Shown here in pieces: positions 1 through 13,200 of a stretch of DNA of 64,000 nt. This DNA is from Eledone cirrhosa (Eukaryota): positions 47,244,001 to 47,308,000 of the forward strand of contig OZ024744.1 of assembly GCA_964016885.1 (NCBI GenBank), given 5' to 3'. Position numbers and translations under genes: made by a program. The notes below the pieces were generated by a model. It made no database searches and was not told where the DNA came from. It saw only the letters and a list, made by a program, of their open reading frames with translations. Position 1 is the stretch's first letter, and each line of letters opens with the position of its first letter.

Positions 1-1599
1 CTTTACAGTGTGGGCTGGGTGATTTTTTGCTGTGTCTTTCACATGTCCACTTTACAGTGTGGGCTGGGTGCTTTTTGCTGTGTCTTTCACATGTCCACTT
101 TACAATGTGAGCTGGGTGCTTTTTGCTGTGTCTTTCACATGTCCACTTTACAGTGTGGGCTGGGTGCTTGTTGCTGTGTCTTTCTCACGTCCACTTTACA
201 GTGTGGGCTGGGTGCTTTTTGCTGTGTCTTTCACATGTCCACTTTACAGTGTGGGCTGGGTGCTTTTTTCAGTGTCTTTCACATGTCCACTTTACAGTGT
301 GGGCTGGGCGCTTTTTGCAGTGTCTTTCAAACGTCAACTTTACAGTGTGGGCTGGGTGCTTTTTTCAGTGTCTTTCACACGTCCACTTTACAGTGTGGGC
401 TGGGTGCATGTTGCTGTGTTTTTCTCACGTCCACTTTACAGTGTGGGCTGGGTGCTTTTTGCTGTGTCTTTCACATGTCCACTTTACAGTGTGGGCTTGG
501 TGCTTTTTTCAGTGTCTTTCACATGTCCACTTTACAGTGTGGGCTGGGTGCTTTTTGCTGTGTCTTTCACATGTCCACTTTACAATGTGGGCTGGGTGCT
601 TTTTGCTGTGTCTTTCACATGTCCACTTTACAATGTGGGCTGGGTGCTTTTTGCTGTGTCTTTCACATGTCCACTTTACAGTGTGGGCTGGGTGCTTTTT
701 GCTGTGTCTTTCACATGTCCACTTCACAGTGTGGGCTGGGTGCTTTTTGCTGTGTCTTTCACATGTCCACTTTACAGTGTGGGCTGGGTGCTTTTTGCTG
801 TGTCTTTCACATGTCCACTTTACAGTGTGGGCTGTGTGCTTTTTGCTGTGTCTTTCACATGTCCACTTTACAGTGTGGGCTGGGTGCTTTTTGCTGTGTC
901 TTTCACATGTCCACTTTACAATGTGGGCTGGGTGCTTTTTGCTGTGTCTTTCACATGTCCACTTTACAATGTGGGCTGGGTGCTTTTTGCTGTGTCTTTC
1001 ACATGTCCACTTTACAGTGTGGGCTGGGTGCTTTTTGCTGTGTCTTTCACATGTCCACTTCACAGTGTGGGCTGGGTACTTTTTGCTGTGTCTTTCACAC
1101 GTCCACTTTACAGTTTGTGCTGGGTGCTTTTTGCTGTGTCTTTCACATGTCCACTTTACAGTGTGGGCTGTGTGCTTTTTGCTGTGTCTTTCACATGTCC
1201 ACTTTACAGTGTGGGCTGGGTGCTTGTTGCTGTGTCTTTCTCACGTCCACTTTACAGTGTGGGCTGGGTGCTTTTTGCTGTGTCTTTCACATGTCCACTT
1301 TACAATGTGGGCTGGGTGCTTTTTGCTGTGTCTTTCACATGTCCACTCTATAGTGTGGGCTGGGTGCTTTTTGCAGTGTCTTTCACACGTCCACTTTACA
1401 GTGTGGGCTGGGTGCTTTTTGCTGTGTCTTTCACATGTCCACTTTACAATGTGGGCTGGGTGCTTTTTGCTGTGTCTTTCACATATCCACTTTACAGTGT
1501 GGGGTGTGTGCTTCTTGCAGTGTCTTTCACACGTCCACTTTACAGTGTGGGCTGGGTGCTTTTTGCTGTGTCTTTCACGTGTCCACTTTACAGTGTGGG

Positions 1600-4500
1600 C
1601 TGGGTGCTTTTTGCTGTGTCTTTCACATATCCACTTTACAGTGTGGGCTGGGTGCTTTTTGCTGAGTCTTTCACACGTCCACTTTACAGTGTGGGCAGGG
1701 TGCTTTTTGCTGTGTCATTCACACGTCCACTTTACAGTGTGGGCTGGGTGCTTTTTGCTGTGTCTTTCACATGTCCACTTTACAATGTGGGCTGGGTGCT
1801 TTTTGCTGTGTCTTTCACATGTCCACTTTACAGTGTGGGCTGGATGCTTCTTGCAGTGTCTTTCACACGTCCACTTTACAGTGTGGGCTGGGTGCTTTTT
1901 GCTGTGTCTTTCATATGTCCACTTTACAGTGTGGGCTGGGTGCTTTTTGCTGTGTCTTTCACATGTCCACTTTATAGTGTGGGCTGGGTGTTTTTTGCAG
2001 TGTCTTTCACACGTCCACTTTACAGTGTGGGCTGGGTGCTTTTTGCTGTGTCTTTCACATGTCCACTTTACAATGTGGGCTGGGTGCTTTTTGCTGTGTC
2101 TTTCACATGTCCACTTTACAATGTGGGCTGTGTGCTTCTTGCAGTGTCTTTCACACGTCCACTTTACAGTGTGGGCTGGGTGCTTTTTGCTGTGTCTTTC
2201 ACATGTCCACTTTACAGTGTGTGCTGGGTGCTTTTTGCTGTGTCTTTCACATGTCCACTTTACAGTGTGGGCTGGGTGCTTTTTGCTGTGTCTTTCACAT
2301 GTCCATTTTACAATGTGAGCTGGGTGCTTTTTGCTGTGTCTTTCACATGTCCACTTTACAGTGTGGGCTGGGTGCTTGTTGCTGTGTCTTTCTCACGTCC
2401 ACTTTACAGTGTGGGCTGGGTGCTTTTTGCTGTGTCTTTCACATGTCCACTTTACAGTGTGGGCTGGGTGCTTTTTTCAGTGTCTTTCACATGTCCACTT
2501 TACAGTGTGGGCTGGGCGGTTTTTGCAGTGTCTTTCAAACGTCAACTTTACAGTGTGGGCTGGGTGCTTTTTACTGTGTCTTTCACATGTCCACTTTACA
2601 GTGTGGGCTGTGTGCTTGTGGCTGTGTCTTTCTCACGTCCACTTTACAGTGTGGGCTGGGTGCTTTTTGCTGTGTCTTTCACATGTCCACTTTACAGTGT
2701 GGGCTGGGTGCTTTTTTCAGTGTCTTTCACACGTCCACTTTACAGTGTGGGCTGGGTGCTTTTTGTTGTGTATTTCTCACGTCCACTTTACAGTGTGGGC
2801 TGGGTGCTTTTTGCTGTGTCTTTCACATGTCCACTTTACAGTGTGGGCTGGGTGCTTTTTTCAGTGTCTTTCACCCGTCCACTTTACAGTGTGGGCTGGG
2901 TGCTTGTTGCTGTGTCTTTCTCACGTCCACTTTACAGTGTGGGCTGGGTGCTTTTTGCTGTGTCTTTCACATGTCCACTTTACAGTGTGGGCTGGGTGCT
3001 TTTTTCAGTGTCTTTCACATGTCCACTTTTCAGTGTGGGCTGGGTGCTTTTTGATGTGTCTTTCACATGTCCACTTAATAGTGTGGGCTGGGTGCTTTTT
3101 GCTGTGTCTTTCACATGTCCACTTTACAATGTGGGCTGGGTGCTTTTTGCTGTGTCTTTCACATGTCCACTTTACAGTGTGGGCTGGGTGCTTTTTGCTG
3201 TGTCTTTCACATGTCCACTTTACAGTGTGGGCTGGGTGCTTTTTGCTGTGTCTTTCACATGTCCACTTTACAGTGTGGGCTGGGTGCTTTTTGCTGTGTC
3301 TTTCACATGTCCACTTTACAGTGTGGGCTGGGTGCTTTTTGCTGTGTCTTTCACATGTCCACTTTACAGTGTGGGCTGGGTGCTTTTTGCTGTGTCTTTC
3401 ACATGTCCACTTTACAATGTGGGCTGGGTGCTTTTTGCTGTGTCTTTCACATGTCCACTTTACAATGTGGGCTGGGTGCTTTTTGCTGTGTCTTTCACAT
3501 GTCCACTTTACAGTGTGGGCTGGGTGCTTTTTGCTGTGTCTTTCACATGTCCACTTTACAGTGTGGGCTGGGTGCTTTTTGCTGTGTCTTTCACATGTCC
3601 ACTTTACAGTGTGGGCTGGGTGCTTTTTGCAATGTCTTTCACACGTCCACTTTTCAGTATGGGCTGGGTGCTTTTTGCTGTGTCTTTCACATCATGTCCA
3701 CTTTACAGTGTGGGCTGTGTGCTTTTTGCAGTGTCTTTCACACGTCAACTTTACAGTGTGGGCTGGGTGCTTTTTGCTGTGTCTTTCACATGTCCACTTT
3801 ACAGTGTGGGCTGTGTGCTTTTTGCAGTGTCTTTCACACGTCAACTATACAGTGTGGGCTGGGTGCTTTTTGCAGTGTCTTTCACACGTCCACTTTACAG
3901 TGTGGGCTGGGTGCTTTTTGCTGTGTCTTTCACATGTCCACTTTACAATGTGGGCTGGGTGCTTTTTGCTGTGTCTTTCACATATCCACTTTACAGTGTG
4001 GGGTGTGTGCTTCTTGCAGTGTCTTTCACACGTCCACTTTACAGTGTGGGCTGGGTGCTTTTTGCTGTGTCTTTCACATGTCCACTTTACAGTGTGGGCT
4101 GGGTGCTTTTTGCTGTGTCTTTCACATGTCCACTTTACAGTGTGGGCTGGGTGCTTTTTGCTGAGTCTTTCACACGTCCACTTTACAGTGTGGGCTGGGT
4201 GCTTTTTGCTGTGTCTTTCACACGTCCACTTTACAGTGTGGGCTGGGTGCTTTTTGCTGTGTCTTTCACATGTCCACTTTACAATGTGGGCTGGGTGCTT
4301 TTTGCTGTGTCTTTCACATGTCCACTTTACAGTGTGGGCTGGATGCTTCTTGCAGTGTCTTTCACACGTCCACTTTACAGTGTGGGCTGGGTGCTTTTTT
4401 CAGTGTCTTTCACATGTCCACTTTTCAGTGTGGGCTGGGTGCTTTTTGATGTGTCTTTCACATGTCCACTTAATAGTGTGGGCTGGGTGCTTTTTGCTGT

Positions 4501-7235
4501 GTCTTTCACATGTCCACTTTACAATGTGGGCTGGGTGCTTTTTGCTGTGTCTTTCACATGTCCACTTTACAGTGTGGGCTGGGTGCTTTTTGCTGTGTCT
4601 TTCATATGTCCACTTTACAGTGTGGGCTGGGTGCTTTTTGCTGTGTCTTTCACATGTCCACTTTATAGTGTGGGCTGGGTGTTTTTTGCAGTGTCTTTCA
4701 CACGTCCACTTTACAGTGTGGGCTGGGTGCTTTTTGCTGTGTCTTTCACATGTCCACTTTACAATGTGGGCTGGGTGCTTTTTGCTGTGTCTTTCACATG
4801 TCCACTTTACAATGTGGGCTGTGTGCTTCTTGCAGTGTCTTTCACACGTCCACTTTACAGTGTGGGCTGGGTGCTTTTTGCTGTGTCTTTCACATGTCCA
4901 CTTTACAGTGTGTGCTGGGTGCTTTTTGCTGTGTCTTTCACATGTCCACTTTACAGTGTGGGCTGGGTGCTTTTTGCTGTGTCTTTCACATGTCCACTTC
5001 ACAGTGTGGGCTGGGTGCTTTTTGCTGTGTCTTTCACATGTCCACTTTACAGTGTGGGCTGGGTGCTTTTTGCTGTGTCTTTCACATGTCCACTTTACAG
5101 TGTGGGCTGGGCGCTTTTTGCAGTGTCTTTCAAACGTTAACTTTACAGTGTGGGCTGGGTGCTTTTTACTGTGTCTTTCACATGTCCACTTTACAGTGTG
5201 GGCTGTGTGCTTGTTGCTGTGTCTTTCTCACGTCCACTTTACAGTGTGGGCTGGGTGCTTTTTGCTGTGTCTTTCACATGTCCACTTTACAGTGTGGGCT
5301 GGGTGCTTTTTTCAGTGTCTTTCACACGTCCCCTTTACAGTGTGGGCTGGGTGCTTTTTGTTGTGTATTTCTCACGTCCACTTTACAGTGTGGGCTGGGT
5401 GCTTTTTGCTGTGTCTTTCACATGTCCACTTTACAGTGTGGGCTGCGTGCTTTTTTCAGTGTCTTTCACATGTCCACTTTTCAGTGTGGGCTGGGTGCTT
5501 TTTGCTGTGTCTTTCACATGTCCACTTAATAGTGTGGGCTGGGTGCTTTTTGCTGTGTCTTTCACATGTCCACTTCACAGTGTGGGCTGGGTGCTTTTTG
5601 CTGTGTCTTTCTCACGTCCACTTTACAGTGTGGGCTGGGTGCTTTTTGCTGTGTCTTTCACATATCCACTTTACAGTGTGGGCTGGGTGCTTTTTGCTGA
5701 GTCTTTCACACGTCCACTTTACAGTGTGGGCAGGGTGCTTTTTGCTGTGTCTTTCACACGTCCACTTTACAGTGTGGGCTGGGTGCTTTTTGCTGTGTCT
5801 TTCACATGTCCACTTTACAATGTGGGCTGGGTGCTTTTTGCTGTGTCTTTCACATGTCCACTTTACAGTGTGGGCTGGATGCTTCTTGCAGTGTCTTTCA
5901 CACGTCCACTTTACAGTGTGGGCTGGGTGCTTTTTGCTGTGTCTTTCATATGTCCACTTTACAGTGTGGGCTGGGTGCTTTTTGCTGTGTCTTTCACATG
6001 TCCACTTTATAGTGTGGGCTGGGTGTTTTTTGCAGTGTCTTTCACACGTCCACTTTACAGTGTGGGCTGGGTGCTTTTTGCTGTGTCTTTCACATGTCCA
6101 CTTTACAATGTGGGCTGGGTGCTTTTTGCTGTGTCTTTCACATGTCCACTTTACAATGTGGGCTGTGTGCTTCTTGCAGTGTCTTTCACACGTCCACTTT
6201 ACAGTGTGGGCTGGGTGCTTTTTGCTGTGTCTTTCACATGTCCACTTTACAGTGTGTGCTGGATGCTTTTTGCTGTGTCTTTCACATGTCCACTTTACAG
6301 TGTGGGCTGGGTGCTTTTTGCTGTGTCTTTCACATGTCCATTTTACAATGTGAGCTGGGTGCTTTTTGCTGTGTCTTTCACATGTCCACTTTACAGTGTG
6401 GGCTGGGTGCTTGTTGCTGTGTCTTTCTCACGTCCACTTTACAGTGTGGGCTGGGTGCTTTTTGCTATGTCTTTCACATGTCCACTTTACAGTGTGGGCT
6501 GGGTGCTTTTTTCAGTGTCTTTCACATGTCCACTTTACAGTGTGGGCTGGGCGGTTTTTGCAGTGTCTTTCAAACGTCAACTTTACAGTGTGGGCTGGGT
6601 GCTTTTTACTGTGTCTTTCACATGTCCACTTTACAGTGTGGGCTGTGTGCTTGTGGCTGTGTCTTTCTCACGTCCACTTTACAGTGTGGGCTGGGTGCTT
6701 TTTGCTGTGTCTTTCACATGTCCACTTTACAGTGTGGGCTGGGTGCTTTTTTCAGTGTCTTTCACACGTCCACTTTACAGTGTGGGCTGGGTGCTTTTTG
6801 TTGTGTATTTCTCACGTCCACTTTACAGTGTGGGCTGGGTGCTTTTTGCTGTGTCTTTCACATGTCCACTTTACAGTGTGGGCTGGGTGCTTTTTTCAGT
6901 GTCTTTCACCCGTCCACTTTACAGTGTGGGCTGGGTGCTTGTTGCTGTGTCTTTCTCACGTCCACTTTACAGTGTGGGCTGGGTGCTTTTTGCTGTGTCT
7001 TTCACATATCCACTTTACAGTGTGGGCTGGGTGCTTTTTTCAGTGTCTTTCACATGTCCACTTTTCAGTGTGGGCTGGGTGCTTTTTGATGTGTCTTTCA
7101 CATGTCCACTTAATATTGTGGGCTGGGTGCTTTTTGCTGTGTCTTTCACATGTCCACTTTACAATGTGGGCTGGGTGCTTTTTGCTGTGTCTTTCACATG
7201 TCCACTTTACAGTGTGGGCTGGGTGCTTTTTGCTG
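1600..7235. repeat. Dispersed block duplication, about 1600-3200 copied at about 5635-7235 (offset 4035 bp = 84 monomers + 3-bp insertion); ends approximate
   Basis: Same ordered rare variants in both blocks (GGCAGGG, GGATGCTTCTT, CCATTTTACAATGTGAG, GGCGGT, CTTGTGG, TCACCCG, TTGATG/CTTAAT). ORF pairs 1771/5806, 2059/6094 and 2331/6366 all differ by 4035. The extra 3 bp is the ATC insertion at about 3691. Confidence 0.9.
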
Positions 7236-10200
7236 TGTCTTTCACATGTCCACTTTACAATGTGGGCTGGGTGCTTTTTGCTGTGTCTTTCACATCTCCA
7301 CTTTACAGTGTGGGCTGGGTGCTTCTTGCAGTGTCTTTCACACGTCCACTTTACAGTGTGGGCTGGGTGCTTATTGCTGTGTCTTTCACATGTCCACTAT
7401 ACAGTGTGGGCTGGGTGCTTTTTGCTGTGTCTTTCACATGTCCACTTTATAGTGTGTGCTGGGTGCTTTTTGCAGTGTCTTTCACACGTCCACTCTACAG
7501 TGTGGGCTGGGTGCTTTTTGCTGTGCCTTTCACGTGTCCACTTTACAATGTGGGCTGGGTACTTTTTGCTGTGTCTTTCACATGTCCACTTTACAGTGTG
7601 GGCTGGGTGCTTTTTGCTGTGTCTTTCACATGGCCACTTTACAGTGTGGGCTGGGTGCTTTTTGCTGTGTCTTTCACATATCCACTTTACAATGTGAGCT
7701 GGGTGCTTTTTGCTGTGTCTTTCACATGTCCACTTTACAGTGTGGGCTGGGTGCTTGTTGCTGTGTCTTTCTCACGTCCACTTTACAGTGTGGGCTGGGT
7801 GCTTTTTGCTGTGTCTTTCACATGTCCACTTTACAGTGTGGGCTAGGTGCTTTTTTCAGTGTCTTTCACACGTCCACTTTACATTGTGGGCTGGGTGCTT
7901 GTTGCTGTGTCTTTCTCACGTCCACTTTACAGTGAGGGCTGGGTGCTTTTTGCTGTGTCTTTCACATGTCCACTTTACAGTGTGGGCTGGGTGCTTTTTT
8001 CAGTGTCTTTCACATGTCCACTTTACAGTGTGGGCTGGGCGCTTTTTGAAGTGTCTTTCAAACGTCAACTTTACAGTGTGGGCTGGGTGCTTTTTACTGT
8101 GTCTTTCACATGTCCACTTTATAGTGTGGGCTGTGTGCTTGTTGCTGTGTCTTTCTTCCGTCCACTTTACAGTGTGGGCTGGGTGCTTGTTGCTGTGTCT
8201 TTCACATGTCCACTTTACAGTGTGGGCTGGGTGCTTTTTGCTGAGTCTTTCACACGTCCACTTTACAGTGTGGGCTGTGTGCTTTTTGCAGTGTCTTTCA
8301 AACGTCAACTTTACAGTGTGGGCTGGGTGCTTTTTGCTGTGTCTTTCACATGTCCACTTTACAATGTGGGCTGGGTGCTTTTTGCTGTGTCTTTCACATG
8401 TCCACTTTACAGTGTGGGCTGGGTGCTTCTTGCAGTGTCTTTCACATGTCCACTTTACAGTGTGGGCTGGGTGCTTTTTGCTGTGTCTTTCACATGTCCA
8501 CTTTACAGTGTGGGCTGGGTGCTTTTTGCTGTGCCTTTCACATGTCCACTTTATAGTGTGGGCTGGGTGCTTTTTGCAGTGTCTTTCACACGTCCACTTT
8601 ACAGTTTGGGCTGGGTGCTTTTGCTGTGTCTTTCACATGTCCACTTTACAGTGTGGGCTGGGTGCTTTTGCTGTGTCTTTCACATGTCTACTTTACAATG
8701 TGGGCTGGGTGCTTTTTGCTGTGTCTTTCACATGTCCACTTTACAGTGTGGGCTGGGTGCTTCTTGCAGTGTCTTTCACATGTCCACTTTACAGTGTGGG
8801 CTGGGTGCTTTTTGCTGTGTCTTTCACATGTCCACTTTACAATGTGGGCTGGGTGCTTTTTGCTGTGTCTTTCACATGCCCACTTCACAGTGTGGGCTGG
8901 GTGCTTTTTGCTGTGTCTTTCACATGTCCACTTTACAATGTGGGCTGGGTGCTTTTTGCTGTGTCTTTCAAATGTCCACTTTACAATGTGGGCTGGGTGC
9001 TTTTTGCTGTGTCTTTCACATGTCCACTTTACAGTGTGGACTCGGTGCTTTTTGCTGTGTCTTTCACCTGTCCACTTTACAGTGTGGGCTGGGTGCTTTT
9101 TGCTGAGTCTTTCACATGTCCACTTTACAGTGTGGGCTGGGTGCTTTTTGCAGTGTCTTTCACACGTCCACTTTATAGTGTGGGCTGGGTTCTTTTTGCT
9201 GTGTCTTTCACATGTCCACTTTACAGTGTGGGCTGGGTGCTTTTTGCTGTGTCTTTCACATGTCCACTTTACAATGTGCGCCGGGTGCTTTTTGCTGTGT
9301 CTTTCACATGTCCACTTTACAGTGTCGGCTGGGTGCTTGTTGCTGTGTCTTTCTCACCTCCAAATTACAGTGTGGGCTGGGTGATTTTTGCTGTGTCTTT
9401 CACATGTACACTTTACAGTGTGGGCTGGGTGCTTTTTGCAGTGTCTTTCACACGTCCACTTTACAGTGTGTGCTGGGTGCTTTTTGCTGTGTCTTTCACA
9501 TGTCCACTTTACAGTGTGGGCTGGGTGCTTTTTGCTGTGTCTTTCACATATCCACTTTACAGTGTGGGCTGGGTGCTTTTTGCTGAGTCTTTCACACGTC
9601 CACTTTACAGTGTGGGCTGGGTGCTTTTTGCTGTGTCTTTCACGCGTCCACTTTACAGTGTGGGCAGGGTGCTTTTTGCTGTGTCTTTCACATGTCCACT
9701 TTACAATGTGGGCTGGGTGCTTTTTGCTGAGTCTTTCACATGTCCACTTTACAGTGTGGGCTGGGTGCTTTTTGCAGTGTCTTTCACACGTCCACTTTAT
9801 AGTGTGGGCTGGGTGCTTTTTGCTGTGTCTTTCACATGTCCAATTTACAGTGTGGGCTGGGTGCTTTTTGCTGTGTCTTTCACATGTCCACTTTACAATG
9901 TGCGCCGGGTGCTTTTTGCTGTGTCTTTCACATGTCCACTTTACAGTGTCGGCTGGGTGCTTGTTGCTGTGTCTTTCTCACGTCCAAATTACAGTGTGGG
10001 CTGGGTGATTTTTGCTGTGTCTTTCACATGTACACTTTACAGTGTGGGCTGGGTGCTTTTTGCAGTTTCTTTCACACGTCCACTTTACAGTGTGTGCTGG
10101 GTGCTTTTTGCTGTGTCTTTCATATGTCCACTTTACAGTGTGGGCTGGTTGCTTTTTGCTGTGTCTTTCACATATCCACTTTACAGTGTGGGCTGGGTGC

Positions 10201-13200
10201 TTTTTGCTGTGTCTTTCACGCGTCCACTTTACAGTGTGGGCTGGGTGCTTTTTGCTGTGTCTTTCACATGTCCACTTTACAATGTGGGCTGGGTGCTTTT
10301 TGCTGTGTCTTTCACATGTCCACTTTACAGTGTGGGCTGGGTGCTTTTTGCTGTGTCTTTCACATGTCCACTTCACAGTGTGGGCTGGGTACTTTTTGCT
10401 GTGTCTTTCACACGTCCACTTTACAGTTTGGGCTGGGTGCTTTTTGCTGTGTCTTTCACATGTCCACTTTACAGTGTGGGCTGGGTGCTTTTTGCTGTGT
10501 CTTTCACATGTCCACTTTACAGTGTGGGCTGGGTGCTTTTTGCTGTGTCTTTCACATGTCCACTTTATAGTGTGGGCTGTGTGCTTTTTGCTGTGTCTTT
10601 CACATGTCCACTTTACAATGTGGGTTGGGTGCTTTTTGCTGTGTCTTTCACATGTCCACTTTACAGTGTGGGCTGGGTGCTTTTTGCTGTGTCTTTCACA
10701 TATCCACTTTACAGTGTGGGCTGGGTGCTTTTTGCTGAGTCTTTCACACGTCCACTTTACAGTGTGGGCTGGGTGCTTTTTGCTGTGTCTTTCACGCGTC
10801 CACTTTACAGTGTGGGCTGGGTGCTTTTTGCTGTGTCTTTCACATGTCCACTTTACAATGTGGGCTGGGTGCTTTTTGCTGTGTCTTTCACATCTCCACT
10901 TTACAGTGTGGGCTGGGTGCTTCTTGCAGTGTCTTTCACACGTCCACTTTACAGTGTGGGCTGGGTGCTTATTGCTGTGTCTTTCACATGTCCACTATAC
11001 AGTGTGGGCTGGGTGCTTTTTGCTGTGTCTTTCACATGTCCACTTTATAGTGTGTGCTGGGTGCTTTTTGCAGTGTCTTTCACACGTCCACTCTACAGTG
11101 TGGGCTGGGTGCTTTTTGCTGTGTCTTTCACGTGTCCACTTTACAATGTGGGCTGGGTACTTTTTGCTGTGTCTTTCACATGTCCACTTTACAGTGTGGG
11201 CTGGGTGCTTTTTGCTGTGTCTTTCACATGGCCACTTTACAGTGTGGGCTGGGTGTTTTTTGCTGTGTCTTTCACATGTCCACTTTACAATGTGAGCTGG
11301 GTGCTTTTTGCTGTGTCTTTCACATGTCCACTTTACAGTGTGGGCTGGGTGCTTGTTGCTGTGTCTTTCTCACGTCCACTTTACAGTGTGGGCTGGGTGC
11401 TTTTTGCTGTGTCTTTCACATGTCCACTTTACAGTGTGGGCTAGGTGCTTTTTTCAGTGTCTTTCACACGTCCACTTTACATTGTGGGCTGGGTGCTTGT
11501 TGCTGTGTCTTTCTCACGTCCACTTTACAGTGAGGGCTGGGTGCTTTTTGCTGTGTCTTTCACATGTCCACTTTACAGTGTGGGCTGGGTGCTTTTTTCA
11601 GTGTCTTTCACATGTCCACTTTACAGTGTGGGCTGGGCGCTTTTTGAAGTGTCTTTCAAACGTCAACTTTACAGTGTGGGCTGGGTGCTTTTTACTGTGT
11701 CTTTCACATGTCCACTTTATAGTGTGGGCTGTGTGCTTGTTGCTGTGTCTTTCTTCCGTCCACTTTACAGTGTGGGCTGGGTGCTTGTTGCTGTGTCTTT
11801 CACATGTCCACTTTACAGTGTGGGCTGGGTGCTTTTTGCTGAGTCTTTCACACGTCCACTTTACAGTGTGGGCTGTGTGCTTTTTGCAGTGTCTTTCAAA
11901 CGTCAACTTTACAGTGTGGGCTGGGTGCTTTTTGCTGTGTCTTTCACATGTCCACTTTACAATGTGGGCTGGGTGCTTTTTGCTGTGTCTTTCACATGTC
12001 CACTTTACAGTGTGGGCTGGGTGCTTCTTGCAGTGTCTTTCACATGTCCACTTTACAGTGTGGGCTGGGTGCTTTTTGCTGTGTCTTTCACATGTCCACT
12101 TTACAGTGTGGGCTGGGTGCTTTTTGCTGTGCCTTTCACATGTCCACTTTATAGTGTGGGCTGGGTGCTTTTTGCAGTGTCTTTCACACGTCCACTTTAC
12201 AGTTTGGGCTGGGTGCTTTTGCTGTGTCTTTCACATGTCCACTTTACAGTGTGGGCTGGGTGCTTTTGCTGTGTCTTTCACATGTCTACTTTACAATGTG
12301 GGCTGGGTGCTTTTTGCTGTGTCTTTCACATGTCCACTTTACAGTGTGGGCTGGGTGCTTCTTGCAGTGTCTTTCACATGTCCACTTTACAGTGTGGGCT
12401 GGGTGCTTTTTGCTGTGTCTTTCACATGTCCACTTTACAATGTGGGCTGGGTGCTTTTTGCTGTGTCTTTCACATGCCCACTTCACAGTGTGGGCTGGGT
12501 GCTTTTTGCTGTGTCTTTCACATGTCCACTTTACAATGTGGGCTGGGTGCTTTTTGCTGTGTCTTTCAAATGTCCACTTTACAATGTTGGCTGGGTGCTT
12601 TTTGCTGTGTCTTTCACATGTCCACTTTACAGTGTGGACTCGGTGCTTTTTGCTGTGTCTTTCACCTGTCCACTTTACAGTGTGGGCTGGGTGCTTTTTG
12701 CTGAGTCTTTCACATGTCCACTTTACAGTGTGGGCTGGGTGCTTTTTGCAGTGTCTTTCAAACGTCCACTTTATAGTGTGGGCTGGGTTCTTTTTGCTGT
12801 GTCTTTCACATGTCCACTTTACAGTGTGGGCTGGGTGCTTTTTGCTGTGTCTTTCACATGTCCACTTTACAATGTGCGCCGGGTGCTTTTTGCTGTGTCT
12901 TTCACATGTCCACTTTACAGTGTCGGCTGGGTGCTTGTTGCTGTGTCTTTCTCACGTCCAAATTACAGTGTGGGCTGGGTGATTTTTGCTGTGTCTTTCA
13001 CATGTACACTTTACAGTGTGGGCTGGGTGCTTTTTGCAGTGTCTTTCACACGTCCACTTTACAGTGTGTGCTGGGTGCTTTTTGCTGTGTCTTTCACATG
13101 TCCACTTTACAGTGTGGGCTGGGTGCTTTTTGCTGTGTCTTTCACATATCCACTTTACAGTGTGGGCTGGGTGCTTTTTGCTGAGTCTTTCACACGTCCA

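Noticed and set aside
61-116. G-quadruplex or telomere-like repeat from GGGCTGGG
   Set aside because: There are only two G3 runs per monomer, with about 40 nt to the next pair, so it is not a canonical G4 motif. No telomeric hexamer repeats are present.
3074-3630. Run of nearly pure consensus monomers as a distinct functional element
   Set aside because: It is explained by local single-monomer slippage or homogenisation, and similar runs occur elsewhere (e.g. about 52850-53200).
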